The notes under the pieces were generated by a model. It was not told the DNA's origin. It saw nothing but the letters and a program-made list of their open reading frames with translations, and made no database searches. Below are positions 28,402-38,153 of a stretch of DNA of 64,000 bases, piece after piece; within the stretch, counting starts at the first letter, position 1; each line of letters begins with the position of its first letter. A program made the position numbers and the translations under genes. The stretch spans positions 10,519 through 74,518 of the forward strand of contig DASZTN010000178.1 in assembly GCA_035547995.1 (NCBI GenBank), written 5' to 3'. Source of the DNA: Bradyrhizobium sp. GTDB taxonomy: Bacteria; Pseudomonadota; Alphaproteobacteria; Rhizobiales; Xanthobacteraceae.

Positions 28402-29394
28402 ATGATACGTCTTCCTCACCTCGTTCTGACGTTCGGTTTTGTTCTCTCCCTGCTGTCCGGGCCGGCCAAGGCCGAAATGTCCGAGGTCCATGTCGCGACC
28501 CAGATCGGGCTTCCATATCTTCCCCTGATCGTCATGCAACATGACAAGTTGTGGGAAAAGGAGGCCAAAAAGGCCGGTGTTGATTTGACCGTCGACTATG
28601 CCCAGCTTGGCGGCGGCGGTCCTCTCAATGATGCCCTTCTCTCCGACTCGATTCAGATCGCCTCGGCAGGCGTCGCGCCGCTGCTGGTTTTGTGGGACCG
28701 GACTCTGCAGAACTATAAGGTGAGGGCGCTGTCGGCCATCAACGCCTCGCCGATGGACATCCTGACCAACAGCCCGAAGATCAAGTCGGTCAAGGATTTC
28801 GGGCCGGACGATCGTATCGCCGTGGCTTCGGTGAAGGTATCGATCAATGCCATTGTGCTGCAGATGGCTGCCGAACAGGCTACCGGCAAATGGGACGCGC
28901 TTGAGAACATTCAGGTGGCGATGGCGCATCCGGAGGCGTTTGCCGCGCTGACCACGCACAGCGGCGGCATCACGGGTTATGTCGCCAACTCGCCGTTCCA
29001 GGACCGTGCGCTGCGGATGCCGGGCATCTCCAAGGTAACGGATTCGTTCCAGGTTCAGGGCGGTCCGGCATCGCTCAGCCTGATCTATGCCAAGTCGTCA
29101 TTCGTGACGCAGAATCCGAAGCTAACGGCGGCCTTCATCGCGGCGCAGAAGGAAGCCGTTGCGAGCATCAAGGCCGACCCGAAAGGCGCGATCGACAAAT
29201 ACATCGCCGTGACCGGAGACAAGACCGATCGCAGCATCCTCGAGGGCTTGATCACGTCACCGCAATGGAATTTCGCCCTTGAGCCGAAGGGCACGATGAA
29301 GGTTGCGAACTTCATCGTGAAGACCGGCCTGCTCAAGCATAAGCCGGCGTCCTGGAAGGACTATTTCTTCGACACCGTCGCAAGCGGCGACTGA
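28402..29394 (+). CDS. ABC substrate-binding protein (NMT1/TauA/SsuA-like)
   Basis: Sec leader ending AKA; QIGLPYLPL, GGGPLNDALLS, MAHPEA. Confidence 0.88.
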   Translation: MIRLPHLVLTFGFVLSLLSGPAKAEMSEVHVATQIGLPYLPLIVMQHDKLWEKEAKKAGVDLTVDYAQLGGGGPLNDALLSDSIQIASAGVAPLLVLWDRTLQNYKVRALSAINASPMDILTNSPKIKSVKDFGPDDRIAVASVKVSINAIVLQMAAEQATGKWDALENIQVAMAHPEAFAALTTHSGGITGYVANSPFQDRALRMPGISKVTDSFQVQGGPASLSLIYAKSSFVTQNPKLTAAFIAAQKEAVASIKADPKGAIDKYIAVTGDKTDRSILEGLITSPQWNFALEPKGTMKVANFIVKTGLLKHKPASWKDYFFDTVASGD

Positions 29395-29443
29395 CGTCAT
29401 CTCATCGATTCGTCGAGCAGATCGCCCTCTTCAGCCGAGTAGA

Positions 29444-31522
29444 ATGATGCTTCGTCCCGACACCTGCCGCATGACATTCGCCGTCATCGGAGACACGCAT
29501 GTCAAACCCGAGAGCGGCGATCAGTCCGCGCCGTGGAAGGTCAATGAGGCTGCGACCGCCCGGGCCCGCTGGATCTCGCGGGAGATCGAGCGCTACCGGC
29601 CCGATTTCATCGTTCATCTCGGCGACCTCGTGCATCCGGTGCCGGAGCTGTCGACCTTCGGCGAAGCCGTCGATCTGACGCGGCGGATTTTTCAGCAGTT
29701 CCATAATCGTCTCCACGTCATTCCAGGCAATCACGATATCGGCGACAAGCCCAACCGGGCGATGCCGGCCAAGATGGTGCGCGACGAATGGATCGAGTTG
29801 CACGAGCAGAACTTCGGCCCGAGCTTCTTCTCGTTCGATCGCGACAATTGTCGCTTCATCTTCATCAATGACCCCGTGCTGAATTCGAAATCCCCGATTG
29901 AGGCGCGGCAGCGGGTCTGGCTCGAGCAGACGCTCGCCTCCGCAGGCAGCCAGCGGATCTTCATGTTCATGCACTATCCGCTGTTCGTGCTCGATCCGCA
30001 TGAGCCCTCGAACTACGACAATATCGACGAGCCGGCGCGCAGCGACATTCTCGGCCTGATCCGCAAGCATAAGGTCGAGGCGGTGTTCGCCGGCCACGTG
30101 CACAACATCTTCTACAACCGGATCGAGGGCACGGAATTCTACGTCATGCCGGCGACCTCGTTCGTGCGCCAGGACTATTCCGAATTCTTTCGCACCGATG
30201 CCATCCACGAGAACGGCCGCAACGATGCCGAGAAACTCGGATTCTCGATCGTTGAGGTCCATGATGACGGCCATGTCGTGCATTACTTGCGCAGCTACGG
30301 CGAGACGCTGGAGCCTGCACAGGCCGGCTCGTCCATCGCTGTCCGCTCCGCCGCGCTGCAGCTGCCGAATCCAAAAAAGCCGGGCGGCGTTCCGTTCGGC
30401 GTGTTCCTCCGCCATCCATGGGCGGAAATCACGGCGTTGCCAAACAACGGTCCGATGGACGAATTCCTTCGCAAGGAGGCGCGCAACGACTATCATCTCG
30501 CGGCGTTGTGGCGAATGGGCTTGCGCCACGCGCGCGTGCCGCTATCGGATTTGCTCGACGAGCGGATCGGTGCGCGCATGGCGGACCTGGTCGCAATCGG
30601 CCATCGCTTCACGGTGTTCGGGTTCGGGATTCCAGAGGGAAAGACGCTCGACCTGATCGTGCAACGCCGCGGGCTGTTCCAGCGTTACGAATGCGTGCTG
30701 CCGGCCGACGAGATTGGTCGTGACGCGACGAAAGTCGCCGAATTCCGCCGTGCCCTCGGCCGTCCGGTTCTTGTTTCACCGATTGCAACGTCGGCCGCCG
30801 AGAAGAAGATCGGTTCCCGCATCGAGCTGTTCGTTTCGCATGGTTACCGGCCGAACCAGCTCGGCGAGATCGAGAAGCTGTTGGCATCGCTCCAGCCTGG
30901 GGAGATCGATCATCTCGTCGTCCGCATCGGTCTGTCGACCGACATGATGGAGACGGCCAAGGAACTTGCGGCCTGGCAGGAGCGAAGCGGCTGCCGCCTC
31001 GATCTGCATCTGCGCGTCGCCGCCGACAATCCAGCCACCAATGTCGTGGACGATGCCGCGATTCTGAACGGGGTCGTCGCGTTCTATCTTGCCTCGCTCG
31101 CATATCCCGGGCTCTCGATGATGCTCGACACGTTCATGGATATCGACCGCGGCTATTTCGTCCGTCACGGCCTTGTCGACCGCCGATGTAACCTGCGGCC
31201 CGCCGGCCTGGCCGTCGAGGCCATGGCGGCCTACTGCCAGGGGCCGGCGGTGGTGACGCCGGTACAGATCACAGGGGGAGCGGCCTTCATCTGCAAGATG
31301 GCAGATCGCACGGCACTGTTTCTGCTCCCGCAAGGCGGAGCACAGATAGCCGTGACATCGGAACTGCTGGAGCAGACCGGCCTCGGCGAGGAAGCCCTGA
31401 CCGTCGCACTCGACCGGCCCTGGACGACGGATACCGGCATCGGCCTCGAGCTGAGGGGAGGCGAGGCGGTCCCCCGCCAGACCTCGCATCCGATCATGAT
31501 CGTGGGACACTTTGCCCGGTAA
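29444..31522 (+). CDS. Calcineurin-like metallophosphoesterase (Icc/CpdA-type N-terminal domain) with an uncharacterised C-terminal region of about 400 aa
   Basis: GDTH, HLGDLVH, PGNHDIG, MHYP, AGHVH. Confidence 0.85.
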   Translation: MMLRPDTCRMTFAVIGDTHVKPESGDQSAPWKVNEAATARARWISREIERYRPDFIVHLGDLVHPVPELSTFGEAVDLTRRIFQQFHNRLHVIPGNHDIGDKPNRAMPAKMVRDEWIELHEQNFGPSFFSFDRDNCRFIFINDPVLNSKSPIEARQRVWLEQTLASAGSQRIFMFMHYPLFVLDPHEPSNYDNIDEPARSDILGLIRKHKVEAVFAGHVHNIFYNRIEGTEFYVMPATSFVRQDYSEFFRTDAIHENGRNDAEKLGFSIVEVHDDGHVVHYLRSYGETLEPAQAGSSIAVRSAALQLPNPKKPGGVPFGVFLRHPWAEITALPNNGPMDEFLRKEARNDYHLAALWRMGLRHARVPLSDLLDERIGARMADLVAIGHRFTVFGFGIPEGKTLDLIVQRRGLFQRYECVLPADEIGRDATKVAEFRRALGRPVLVSPIATSAAEKKIGSRIELFVSHGYRPNQLGEIEKLLASLQPGEIDHLVVRIGLSTDMMETAKELAAWQERSGCRLDLHLRVAADNPATNVVDDAAILNGVVAFYLASLAYPGLSMMLDTFMDIDRGYFVRHGLVDRRCNLRPAGLAVEAMAAYCQGPAVVTPVQITGGAAFICKMADRTALFLLPQGGAQIAVTSELLEQTGLGEEALTVALDRPWTTDTGIGLELRGGEAVPRQTSHPIMIVGHFAR

Positions 31523-31540
31523 GCACGAAGGGGCCGCTTG

Positions 31541-32311
31541 ATGACTCCGCTTCTGTCCGTCGATACCGTAACGCTGCAATATCAAACCGCAGACCATCTG
31601 ATCACTGCGACATGGCGCGTCTCCTTTGACGTTCAGGAGGGAGACCGTTTCGTCCTGCTGGGTCCCTCCGGTTGCGGAAAATCGTCGCTGCTCAAGGCGG
31701 TCGGCGGGTTTGTCGAGCCCGTCGAGGGGCATATCCGCCTGAGACAGCGCGAGGTGAAAAAGCCCGGTCCTGACCGGATGATGGTGTTCCAGGAATTCGA
31801 TCAACTGCTCGGCTGGAAGACGGTTGCCGAGAACGTCGCCTATCCGATGAAGGTCAATCGCCGGTTCGAGCGCGCGGAAATTCCGCAGCGGGTTTCCCGT
31901 GGCCTTGCGACCATCGGCTTGGAACGCTTTGCCGATGCGTATCCGCACATGCTGTCGGGCGGTATGAAGCAGCGTGTCGCGATTGCGCGGGCGCTTGCGA
32001 TGGAGCCTGAACTGTTGCTGATGGACGAACCCTTCGCCGCGCTCGATGCCTTGACGCGCCGTTCCATGCAAGCGGAGGTTCTCCGGTTGTGGGAGCAGAC
32101 CGGCGTGACCATGCTGTTCGTCACGCATTCGATCGAAGAGGCGTTGATCGTCGGCAGCCGGATCCTCGTGCTGTCGCCGCATCCGGGACAGGTTCGCGCG
32201 GAACTCGACGCGAGCGACTTAGGCTTCTCCGACGTCGGCTCGCCGCGCTTTGCCGAGCTTCACGAGAAGATCGAATCCATGTTGTTCGAGCATCAAAAGG
32301 CCATGGCATGA
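31541..32311 (+). CDS. ABC ATPase (TauB/SsuB/NrtD-like)
   Basis: GPSGCGKS, VFQE, LSGGMKQR, MDEPFAALD, VTHS. Confidence 0.94.
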   Translation: MTPLLSVDTVTLQYQTADHLITATWRVSFDVQEGDRFVLLGPSGCGKSSLLKAVGGFVEPVEGHIRLRQREVKKPGPDRMMVFQEFDQLLGWKTVAENVAYPMKVNRRFERAEIPQRVSRGLATIGLERFADAYPHMLSGGMKQRVAIARALAMEPELLLMDEPFAALDALTRRSMQAEVLRLWEQTGVTMLFVTHSIEEALIVGSRILVLSPHPGQVRAELDASDLGFSDVGSPRFAELHEKIESMLFEHQKAMA

Positions 32312-33186
32312 AAGCGCCCGCCCGCCAGCTGGCACCGCGCCCGGATTATGAACGCCAGCCGCAATCCATCGCTGCGATCGGCGAGATCAAGCGGACGCTG
32401 ACGCCATTCCAGAAGATCGCGAAATTCGCGGCCTTCCGAAAGACCCTGATCCTGATCGGCCTTGCCGTGATCTGGCAGGTTTATGCGGTCCACCTCGACA
32501 ACGAATTGATGTTGCCGAGCTTCAGCGCGACGCTCGGTGCGCTCTGGGATGCGACCGTACATGGTCCGCTGATCCAGCGTGCATTGTTCTCGCTCGAGGT
32601 CCTGGTGACCGGATATGTGATCGGCGTTTTCCTAGCCGGGCTGTTGGTATCAGCATCCGTGTCGACGCAGTTCGGCAACGATCTGCTGTCGCTGCTGACG
32701 GCGATGTTCAATCCGCTGCCGGCGATCGCGCTATTGCCGCTGGCGCTGCTATGGTTCGGCATCGGGCCGCAAAGCATCATCTTCGTGATCGTCCATTCGG
32801 TGCTGTGGGCGGTGGCGCTCAACACCCATACCGGCTTTCGCTCGGTGAGCGAGACCACTCGAATGGCGGGTCAGAATTTCGGCCTGACCGGGCTGCGCTA
32901 TATCGTCGGCATTCTGGTGCCCGCGGCATTTCCATCGATCCTGAGCGGATTGAAGATCGGCTGGGCCTTCGCATGGCGCACATTGATCGCGGCCGAACTC
33001 GTCTTCGGCGCGACCTCGCGTTCGGGCGGCCTCGGCTGGTTCATCTTCGAAAACCGCAACTCGCTCGAAACGCCGGCGGTGTTCGCGGGCCTGCTCACCG
33101 TCATCATCCTCGGTCTCTTCGTCGAGGCCGTGGTATTCGCGACCATCGAGCGATACAGCGTTCGGCGCTGGGGAATGCAGCGATGA
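32308..33186 (+). CDS. ABC permease (TauC/SsuC-like)
   Basis: NPLPAIALLPL, WAFAWRTLIAAE; ATGA coupling to the ATPase. Confidence 0.93.
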   Translation: MKAPARQLAPRPDYERQPQSIAAIGEIKRTLTPFQKIAKFAAFRKTLILIGLAVIWQVYAVHLDNELMLPSFSATLGALWDATVHGPLIQRALFSLEVLVTGYVIGVFLAGLLVSASVSTQFGNDLLSLLTAMFNPLPAIALLPLALLWFGIGPQSIIFVIVHSVLWAVALNTHTGFRSVSETTRMAGQNFGLTGLRYIVGILVPAAFPSILSGLKIGWAFAWRTLIAAELVFGATSRSGGLGWFIFENRNSLETPAVFAGLLTVIILGLFVEAVVFATIERYSVRRWGMQR

Positions 33187-35507
33187 CCAAGGAAGTCCCG
33201 ATCATGCCGGCGCAGCCGCGCCCGGCCACGCGCAACTGGGCGCCGCCGTCTTTTATCGATCCAGCGCTTGCCGGGACTGCCGTGATCACGCCGCAAGGAC
33301 CGTTCCTGTGTGGCGACTATGCGTCGATCACGCTGGTCTATACCGCCGGGCGCTTCGGCATCGACGACACCGGTTCGATCCGCATCTGCTTTCGCTTCGC
33401 GACCGATCAGGGCGCGCCCCAGTTCACTGACCCGAAAGCGGCGAACTACGTCTCGGTCGAGGCGAGCAATGCCGCCGTTCTCGATGTGCGCTATGATTTC
33501 AAGCTCAACACAAGGCCGTGGGATAGGACCATCGTCGTCCGGGTAGTGCAGGGCTTCCTGCGGGAGGGCGATACCGTCACTGTGCGTTTCGGCGATCGCA
33601 GTGGCGGCTCGCCGGGCCTGCGCATGCAGACCTTCGTCGACCCGTTCTACGAATTTCAGGTGCTGGTCGACCCGATTGCTACCGGTTCTTTCGTTCATCT
33701 GGTCCACCAGCCGACCTGTGCGATCGTGCCCGGGCCGCCCGTCCGCTGGCACGCCGTTGCGCCCACCTTGCGCCGCGTCGGCGAGCCGTTCTCGCTCTCG
33801 ATCCGGGCCGACGATCGCTGGGGCAATCCGACTTCTGCCGGCCCGGTGATCCTCAGGCTTTCCAGTGACGTGGCGATCGGAGGATTGCCGGAGACGGTGA
33901 CAGTCCCGGCCGGCGCGACGGCCTTCCGGGTCGACGGGCTGGTGCTCGACGCCGTGGCGTCCACCGAAATCATCGTTGCTGAGGGGAACGGGCACGAGTT
34001 GGTACGTTCGAATCCAATTATGACGACAAGAGACGGACAAATATCATGCTGGGCCGATCTTCACGCACAAAGCGGGGAAACGATCGGCTCCGGCTCCGTC
34101 GTCGATTACTGCCTGTTTGCTCGCAACGCCGCATTCCTCGATGCGATCGGCCATCAAGGTAACGACTTCCAGATCACGCCGCAGTTCTGGGCCGAGCTCA
34201 ACGATACCCTGGAGCGGTTCAATGAACCCGGGCGGTTCCTGACCATCCATGGCTATGAATGGTCGGGAAATACGGCACTCGGCGGCGACCGGAACGTCTT
34301 TTTCCGGCTCAAGGATCGAACGATCCGCCGCTCCTCGCATGCGCTGGTTCCGGATCTGTCGGATGTCGCCACCGACTGCCATGATGCCCGCCTGTTATTC
34401 GAGGCATTGAAGCGCAATCAAGAGGATGTCGTATGTTGGGCGCATTGCGGCGGGCGATATGCAGATATTGAATATGCCCATGACGCTGCGCTCGAGCGGT
34501 CGGTCGAGGTGCATTCGAGTTGGGGAACGTTCGAATGGCTGCTGAAGGATGCGCTTCGGCTCGGCTACCGCGTCGGCGTCGTCGCCAACAGTGACGGACA
34601 CAAGGGGCGTCCTGGCGCGGAAGCGCCCGGAGCTTCCCAATTCGGTGCGTTGGGCGGGCTGACCTGTTTCCTCGTTCCCGAGCTCAGCCGCGACGCTCTG
34701 TTTCGGGCGATGCGGCAGCGGCGGCACTATGCGACGACCGGAACTCGTCTGAGCCTTGCGATCACCGCTGAGTTCGAGGGCGGCTGTGTATTCGTCGATG
34801 ATCCGAGATTGCCTGGCGCCAAAGGTGTAGCGGCGACCACGGCGCTGATGGGTGATATCGTCACCACCGCGGCTGCTGAAGCCGCTTTGACGGTGGACGT
34901 CGTTTCGCCGAGCCCGGTGATTTCGATCGAACTCCGCAACGGCCTTGAGACTGTCGAGACACTTCGTCCCGGCGGCGATGAGGCCGCTGGAGACCGCTTT
35001 CTGCTTCGATGGTCGGGGGCGGAATATCGTGGCCGCTTCCGGCAGACGAACTGGGATGGCGAGCTGCGCATCGAGGGCACTGAGATCGTTGCGATCCGTC
35101 CGGTGAATTTCTTCAACCCGGACAAGCAGCCCAAGCTTGTCGATCCGCGATCGGTGACCTGGGCGTCGATTACGACAGGCAACTTCGCAGGCGTCGAATT
35201 CGTGGTGAGCCATGCCGGGCAGGGACGCTACCAAGTAACCACGCCACATGGTGTGCTGGAAGGAGCTTTTGCGGACATCAAAGCCGAGCCACATCTGCTC
35301 GATTGCGGGAAGCTCGATCGCGCAGTTTCGATCGAAAGATTACCGCCGGCCGCCGCCGAGCGGCAGCGCATCTCGCTGAAGCGGAAGCTACCGTTGCGGA
35401 AGGAAAGTGATAACCCGCTCTACGTAGTCTTGACCCTGGAAGATGGTCATCAGGCCTGGTCAAGCCCGATCTATCTGATCACCTCCGCCGCAGCCGATAA
35501 CGACTAG
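33183..35507 (+). CDS. DUF3604-like PHP-fold metalloprotein
   Basis: WADLHAQSGE, GYEWSGNT..GGDRNV, HCGGRY, EVHSSWG, NSDGHKGRPG, YATTG, AWSSPI; ATGA coupling to the permease. Confidence 0.8.
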   Translation: MTKEVPIMPAQPRPATRNWAPPSFIDPALAGTAVITPQGPFLCGDYASITLVYTAGRFGIDDTGSIRICFRFATDQGAPQFTDPKAANYVSVEASNAAVLDVRYDFKLNTRPWDRTIVVRVVQGFLREGDTVTVRFGDRSGGSPGLRMQTFVDPFYEFQVLVDPIATGSFVHLVHQPTCAIVPGPPVRWHAVAPTLRRVGEPFSLSIRADDRWGNPTSAGPVILRLSSDVAIGGLPETVTVPAGATAFRVDGLVLDAVASTEIIVAEGNGHELVRSNPIMTTRDGQISCWADLHAQSGETIGSGSVVDYCLFARNAAFLDAIGHQGNDFQITPQFWAELNDTLERFNEPGRFLTIHGYEWSGNTALGGDRNVFFRLKDRTIRRSSHALVPDLSDVATDCHDARLLFEALKRNQEDVVCWAHCGGRYADIEYAHDAALERSVEVHSSWGTFEWLLKDALRLGYRVGVVANSDGHKGRPGAEAPGASQFGALGGLTCFLVPELSRDALFRAMRQRRHYATTGTRLSLAITAEFEGGCVFVDDPRLPGAKGVAATTALMGDIVTTAAAEAALTVDVVSPSPVISIELRNGLETVETLRPGGDEAAGDRFLLRWSGAEYRGRFRQTNWDGELRIEGTEIVAIRPVNFFNPDKQPKLVDPRSVTWASITTGNFAGVEFVVSHAGQGRYQVTTPHGVLEGAFADIKAEPHLLDCGKLDRAVSIERLPPAAAERQRISLKRKLPLRKESDNPLYVVLTLEDGHQAWSSPIYLITSAAADND

Positions 35508-35582
35508 CGGGGTCGGCGGCGAGAGCAGATCGCGCGGCGACACGAACCCGCGCTTCTTCGAACTGGCCTTCGCCAAGGCCGC

Positions 35583-37118
35583 TCAGATGAGGAGTTCGAT
35601 TAAAAAGGGACCGCTTCTTGCGCACGAGTTGCGCAGGAGGTCTGCGAGTTGGGAGAGGGTCTCCGCGCGGGCCGCTTCAACGCCCATCGTCCCTGCGAGT
35701 TTGACGAAATCGAGATCGGGACGGCCGATGTCAAGCATGCTCAAGGCGACGGGCCCCGGCTGAGCGCCGACCGCATCGAGTTCGCCTCTCAACACGGCAT
35801 ATTTCCGGTTCGCCAGGATAATGGTCGTAACGTCCAGGCGCTCGTGCGCCTGGGTCCACAACGCCTGCGGCGTATACATCGCGGATCCGTCCGCCTGAAG
35901 CGAGATCACGCGGCGCCCCGGTGCGCCGATAGCAGCCCCGGTCGCCAGCGGCGGCCCGCCACCGATGGCACCGCCAGTTTGATGCAGCCAGTCATGTGAC
36001 GGCGCGCCGATCGTTGCGTTGAAAAGACCTCGACCGAAGCTGACGCTCTCATCGACGATAATGGCCTGGTCCGGCATCAGAGCCGCCAGCAAGCGCGCCA
36101 CGGCTTCCGTGGTGATCGGTCCGTCCGGCACCGAGGGGCGGGACGGAGCGGCCCGTGCGGCCGGCTTCGCCTTCAGGCCATCGGCCAGTTGGGCCAACGC
36201 GTCCGTGAGGTCCTGTTCGGGCTCGGCTAGGATGTGTACATTGCATCCGTCCGGGATCAGCCTTCGGGGCTTGCCGGGATGCGCAAAAAACGCGACGGGT
36301 TCTCGAGCGCCCACAAGGACGAGATGGCGCGTATCCGCAAGAGCGGCACGCGCGTGATCGAGTCCCCATGGCATGCGCGGAACGTCTGCACGGCCCGAGC
36401 CGCGCTGATACCGGCCGTTCGTGAATTCGGCAATCAGCTTGCAGCCGCTGGTGTCGGCGATGGCTTGTGCGAACGCAAGAGCAGGATCGCGCAGCGCTGC
36501 GCCGGTGAGCAGCATAGTGACCGGCTGTCGGCTGCGAAGGAGCCGGGCGATCTCGTCGACCTGGTGCTGTGAGGCACGTGCCGGTGGGACAGGAGTCTTG
36601 ACCTCGGCTATCTGGCCGCCTTCGTCCCATGCGGTATCAGAAGGAGCGACCAGCGTCGCAATCCGGCCCGGCGAAGTTCGGGCGCACTCGATGGCTGCGG
36701 CTGCATCGGCACCCAATGTTGAGGCGCTGGCTGCGGTACGGACCCAATGGGAGAAAGGGCGGGCGAGTTGCTCAATGTCAGATGCCAATGGCGGATCAAG
36801 CGGACGATGATAGGTTGCTTGGTCTCCCACGATATTGACGATCGGGCTCGCCGCGCGGCGCGCGTTGTGCAAGTTGGTGACTGCATATCCAAGGCCCGGA
36901 CCGCAATGAAGCAAGGTTGCTGCCGGACGGCCGGTCATGCGGGCATAGCCGTCGGCGGCGCCGCTCGCCACGCCTTCGAACAAGCAGAGCACGGCACGCA
37001 TGCCGGGAGCGCGATCGAGAGCGGCAACGAAATGCATCTCGCTGGTCCCGGGATTTGCAAAGCAGGTATCAATTCCACCTGCCAGCAACGTTCGCAGCAA
37101 GCTTTCTGCACCGTTCAT
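35583..37118 (-). CDS. ThDP-dependent enzyme (acetolactate-synthase-large-subunit-like, function unknown)
   Basis: MNGAESL..CFANPGTSEMH, LFEGVASGAADGYAR, ADGSAMY...N ThDP motif; RBS GAGG. Confidence 0.9.
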   Translation of the reverse strand: MNGAESLLRTLLAGGIDTCFANPGTSEMHFVAALDRAPGMRAVLCLFEGVASGAADGYARMTGRPAATLLHCGPGLGYAVTNLHNARRAASPIVNIVGDQATYHRPLDPPLASDIEQLARPFSHWVRTAASASTLGADAAAAIECARTSPGRIATLVAPSDTAWDEGGQIAEVKTPVPPARASQHQVDEIARLLRSRQPVTMLLTGAALRDPALAFAQAIADTSGCKLIAEFTNGRYQRGSGRADVPRMPWGLDHARAALADTRHLVLVGAREPVAFFAHPGKPRRLIPDGCNVHILAEPEQDLTDALAQLADGLKAKPAARAAPSRPSVPDGPITTEAVARLLAALMPDQAIIVDESVSFGRGLFNATIGAPSHDWLHQTGGAIGGGPPLATGAAIGAPGRRVISLQADGSAMYTPQALWTQAHERLDVTTIILANRKYAVLRGELDAVGAQPGPVALSMLDIGRPDLDFVKLAGTMGVEAARAETLSQLADLLRNSCARSGPFLIELLI

Positions 37119-37310
37119 GCTTACCTCATGATTGCCGCTCATCCCCGGCAGTCTTGTCGATGGACTCGCTTCACGCGCACCACTGCCCGCAGTACGGACG
37201 CTCGCCCTTTAGCATTTTTCGTGCCATTCTCTTATTATTGAGGTAGCCATGCTTTACTCAACGGAGCGATGCGTTCGAATAAGAAATGCCAGCCCATCAG
37301 TAAACCAATA

Positions 37311-37901
37311 ATGAAAAAGATTCCGCGCGCTCCACACAAACCAGACCGCAGGTCCAGAGCAGTCGATGCTGTCTCCGCCGGCCTTCCAACACAGGCCGTG
37401 GCGATAGAGGGAGGAAGAGCGATCAGGACCAATCACGGCTGGCGAGGAACACGATTGCAGGAGCGTCCTGGTTTTCTGATCCGGCGCCTCTATCAAATCC
37501 ATGTCGCGCTTTTTCTCGAGGAATGCGCACCGGAACGCATGACACCTGTTCAATACAGCGTCCTGACCGCACTCGATCAAATGGGCACCATCGATCAGGC
37601 GACCCTGTCCCGCAGCGTTGCGCTCGACCGCACGAATGTGGCTGACGTCGTGGCCCGGCTTGAGGGGCGAAATCTTGTGACGCGACGTCCGTCGCCCGAG
37701 GATGGACGCAAGACGTTGGTCTCGATCACCAATGAAGGCTGCGAGCTTCTCGATCGATTGGAACCGGCAGCGATGCGTGCCCATGAGCGCACGATTGCTG
37801 CACTTCCCAAGCATGAAAGAATTCAATTTCTCAAGACGATGGAATACCTTGTCGCTTCGGCGGAGCAGAGCAATTTATTGAATGGGCCGGGTGCGCTCTG
37901 A
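37311..37901 (+). CDS. MarR-family regulator (PcaV-like; start uncertain)
   Basis: PGFLIRRLYQIH, TPVQYSVL, DQATLS..VALDR, DGRK. Confidence 0.85.
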   Translation: MKKIPRAPHKPDRRSRAVDAVSAGLPTQAVAIEGGRAIRTNHGWRGTRLQERPGFLIRRLYQIHVALFLEECAPERMTPVQYSVLTALDQMGTIDQATLSRSVALDRTNVADVVARLEGRNLVTRRPSPEDGRKTLVSITNEGCELLDRLEPAAMRAHERTIAALPKHERIQFLKTMEYLVASAEQSNLLNGPGAL

Positions 37902-38153
37902 TCCGGAAGTGGTCGCAAGGCCTCAATCATTCGACTTGCGAGCGTGCCATTTTGCTTCGTCGTCGTGCAATCCCCTGCTTCAAATTCCACCATCGTGCTC
38001 AACGTTTGGACGTGGTCCCGGCGAGATATGAGGTATACTGACGATCTCAGCGCACGATGAAGCGCATCCTTTCGAGACGTGCATGCCGTCTATCGTTGCT
38101 GCATGATTGAAATGATCCGCGGGTTACGTGCGTCGCGATATGGTGGTGATTGC

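Noticed and set aside
32751-33182. N-terminal extension of the 918-aa ORF (and similar extensions at 5342, 14534, 15805, 32089, 44234, 55886)
   Set aside because: They overlap upstream genes or promoters; downstream starts with ATGA coupling or an RBS fit better
35583-37118. Calling this gene ilvB/ilvI
   Set aside because: No small subunit or ilv context, and the N-terminal FANPGTSEMH motif belongs to an uncharacterised ThDP subfamily
37296-38043. Possible MarR operators (ATCAGTAAACCAAT near 37296; GAGGTATACTGACG near 38030)
   Set aside because: Dyad symmetry is too weak to support without comparative data
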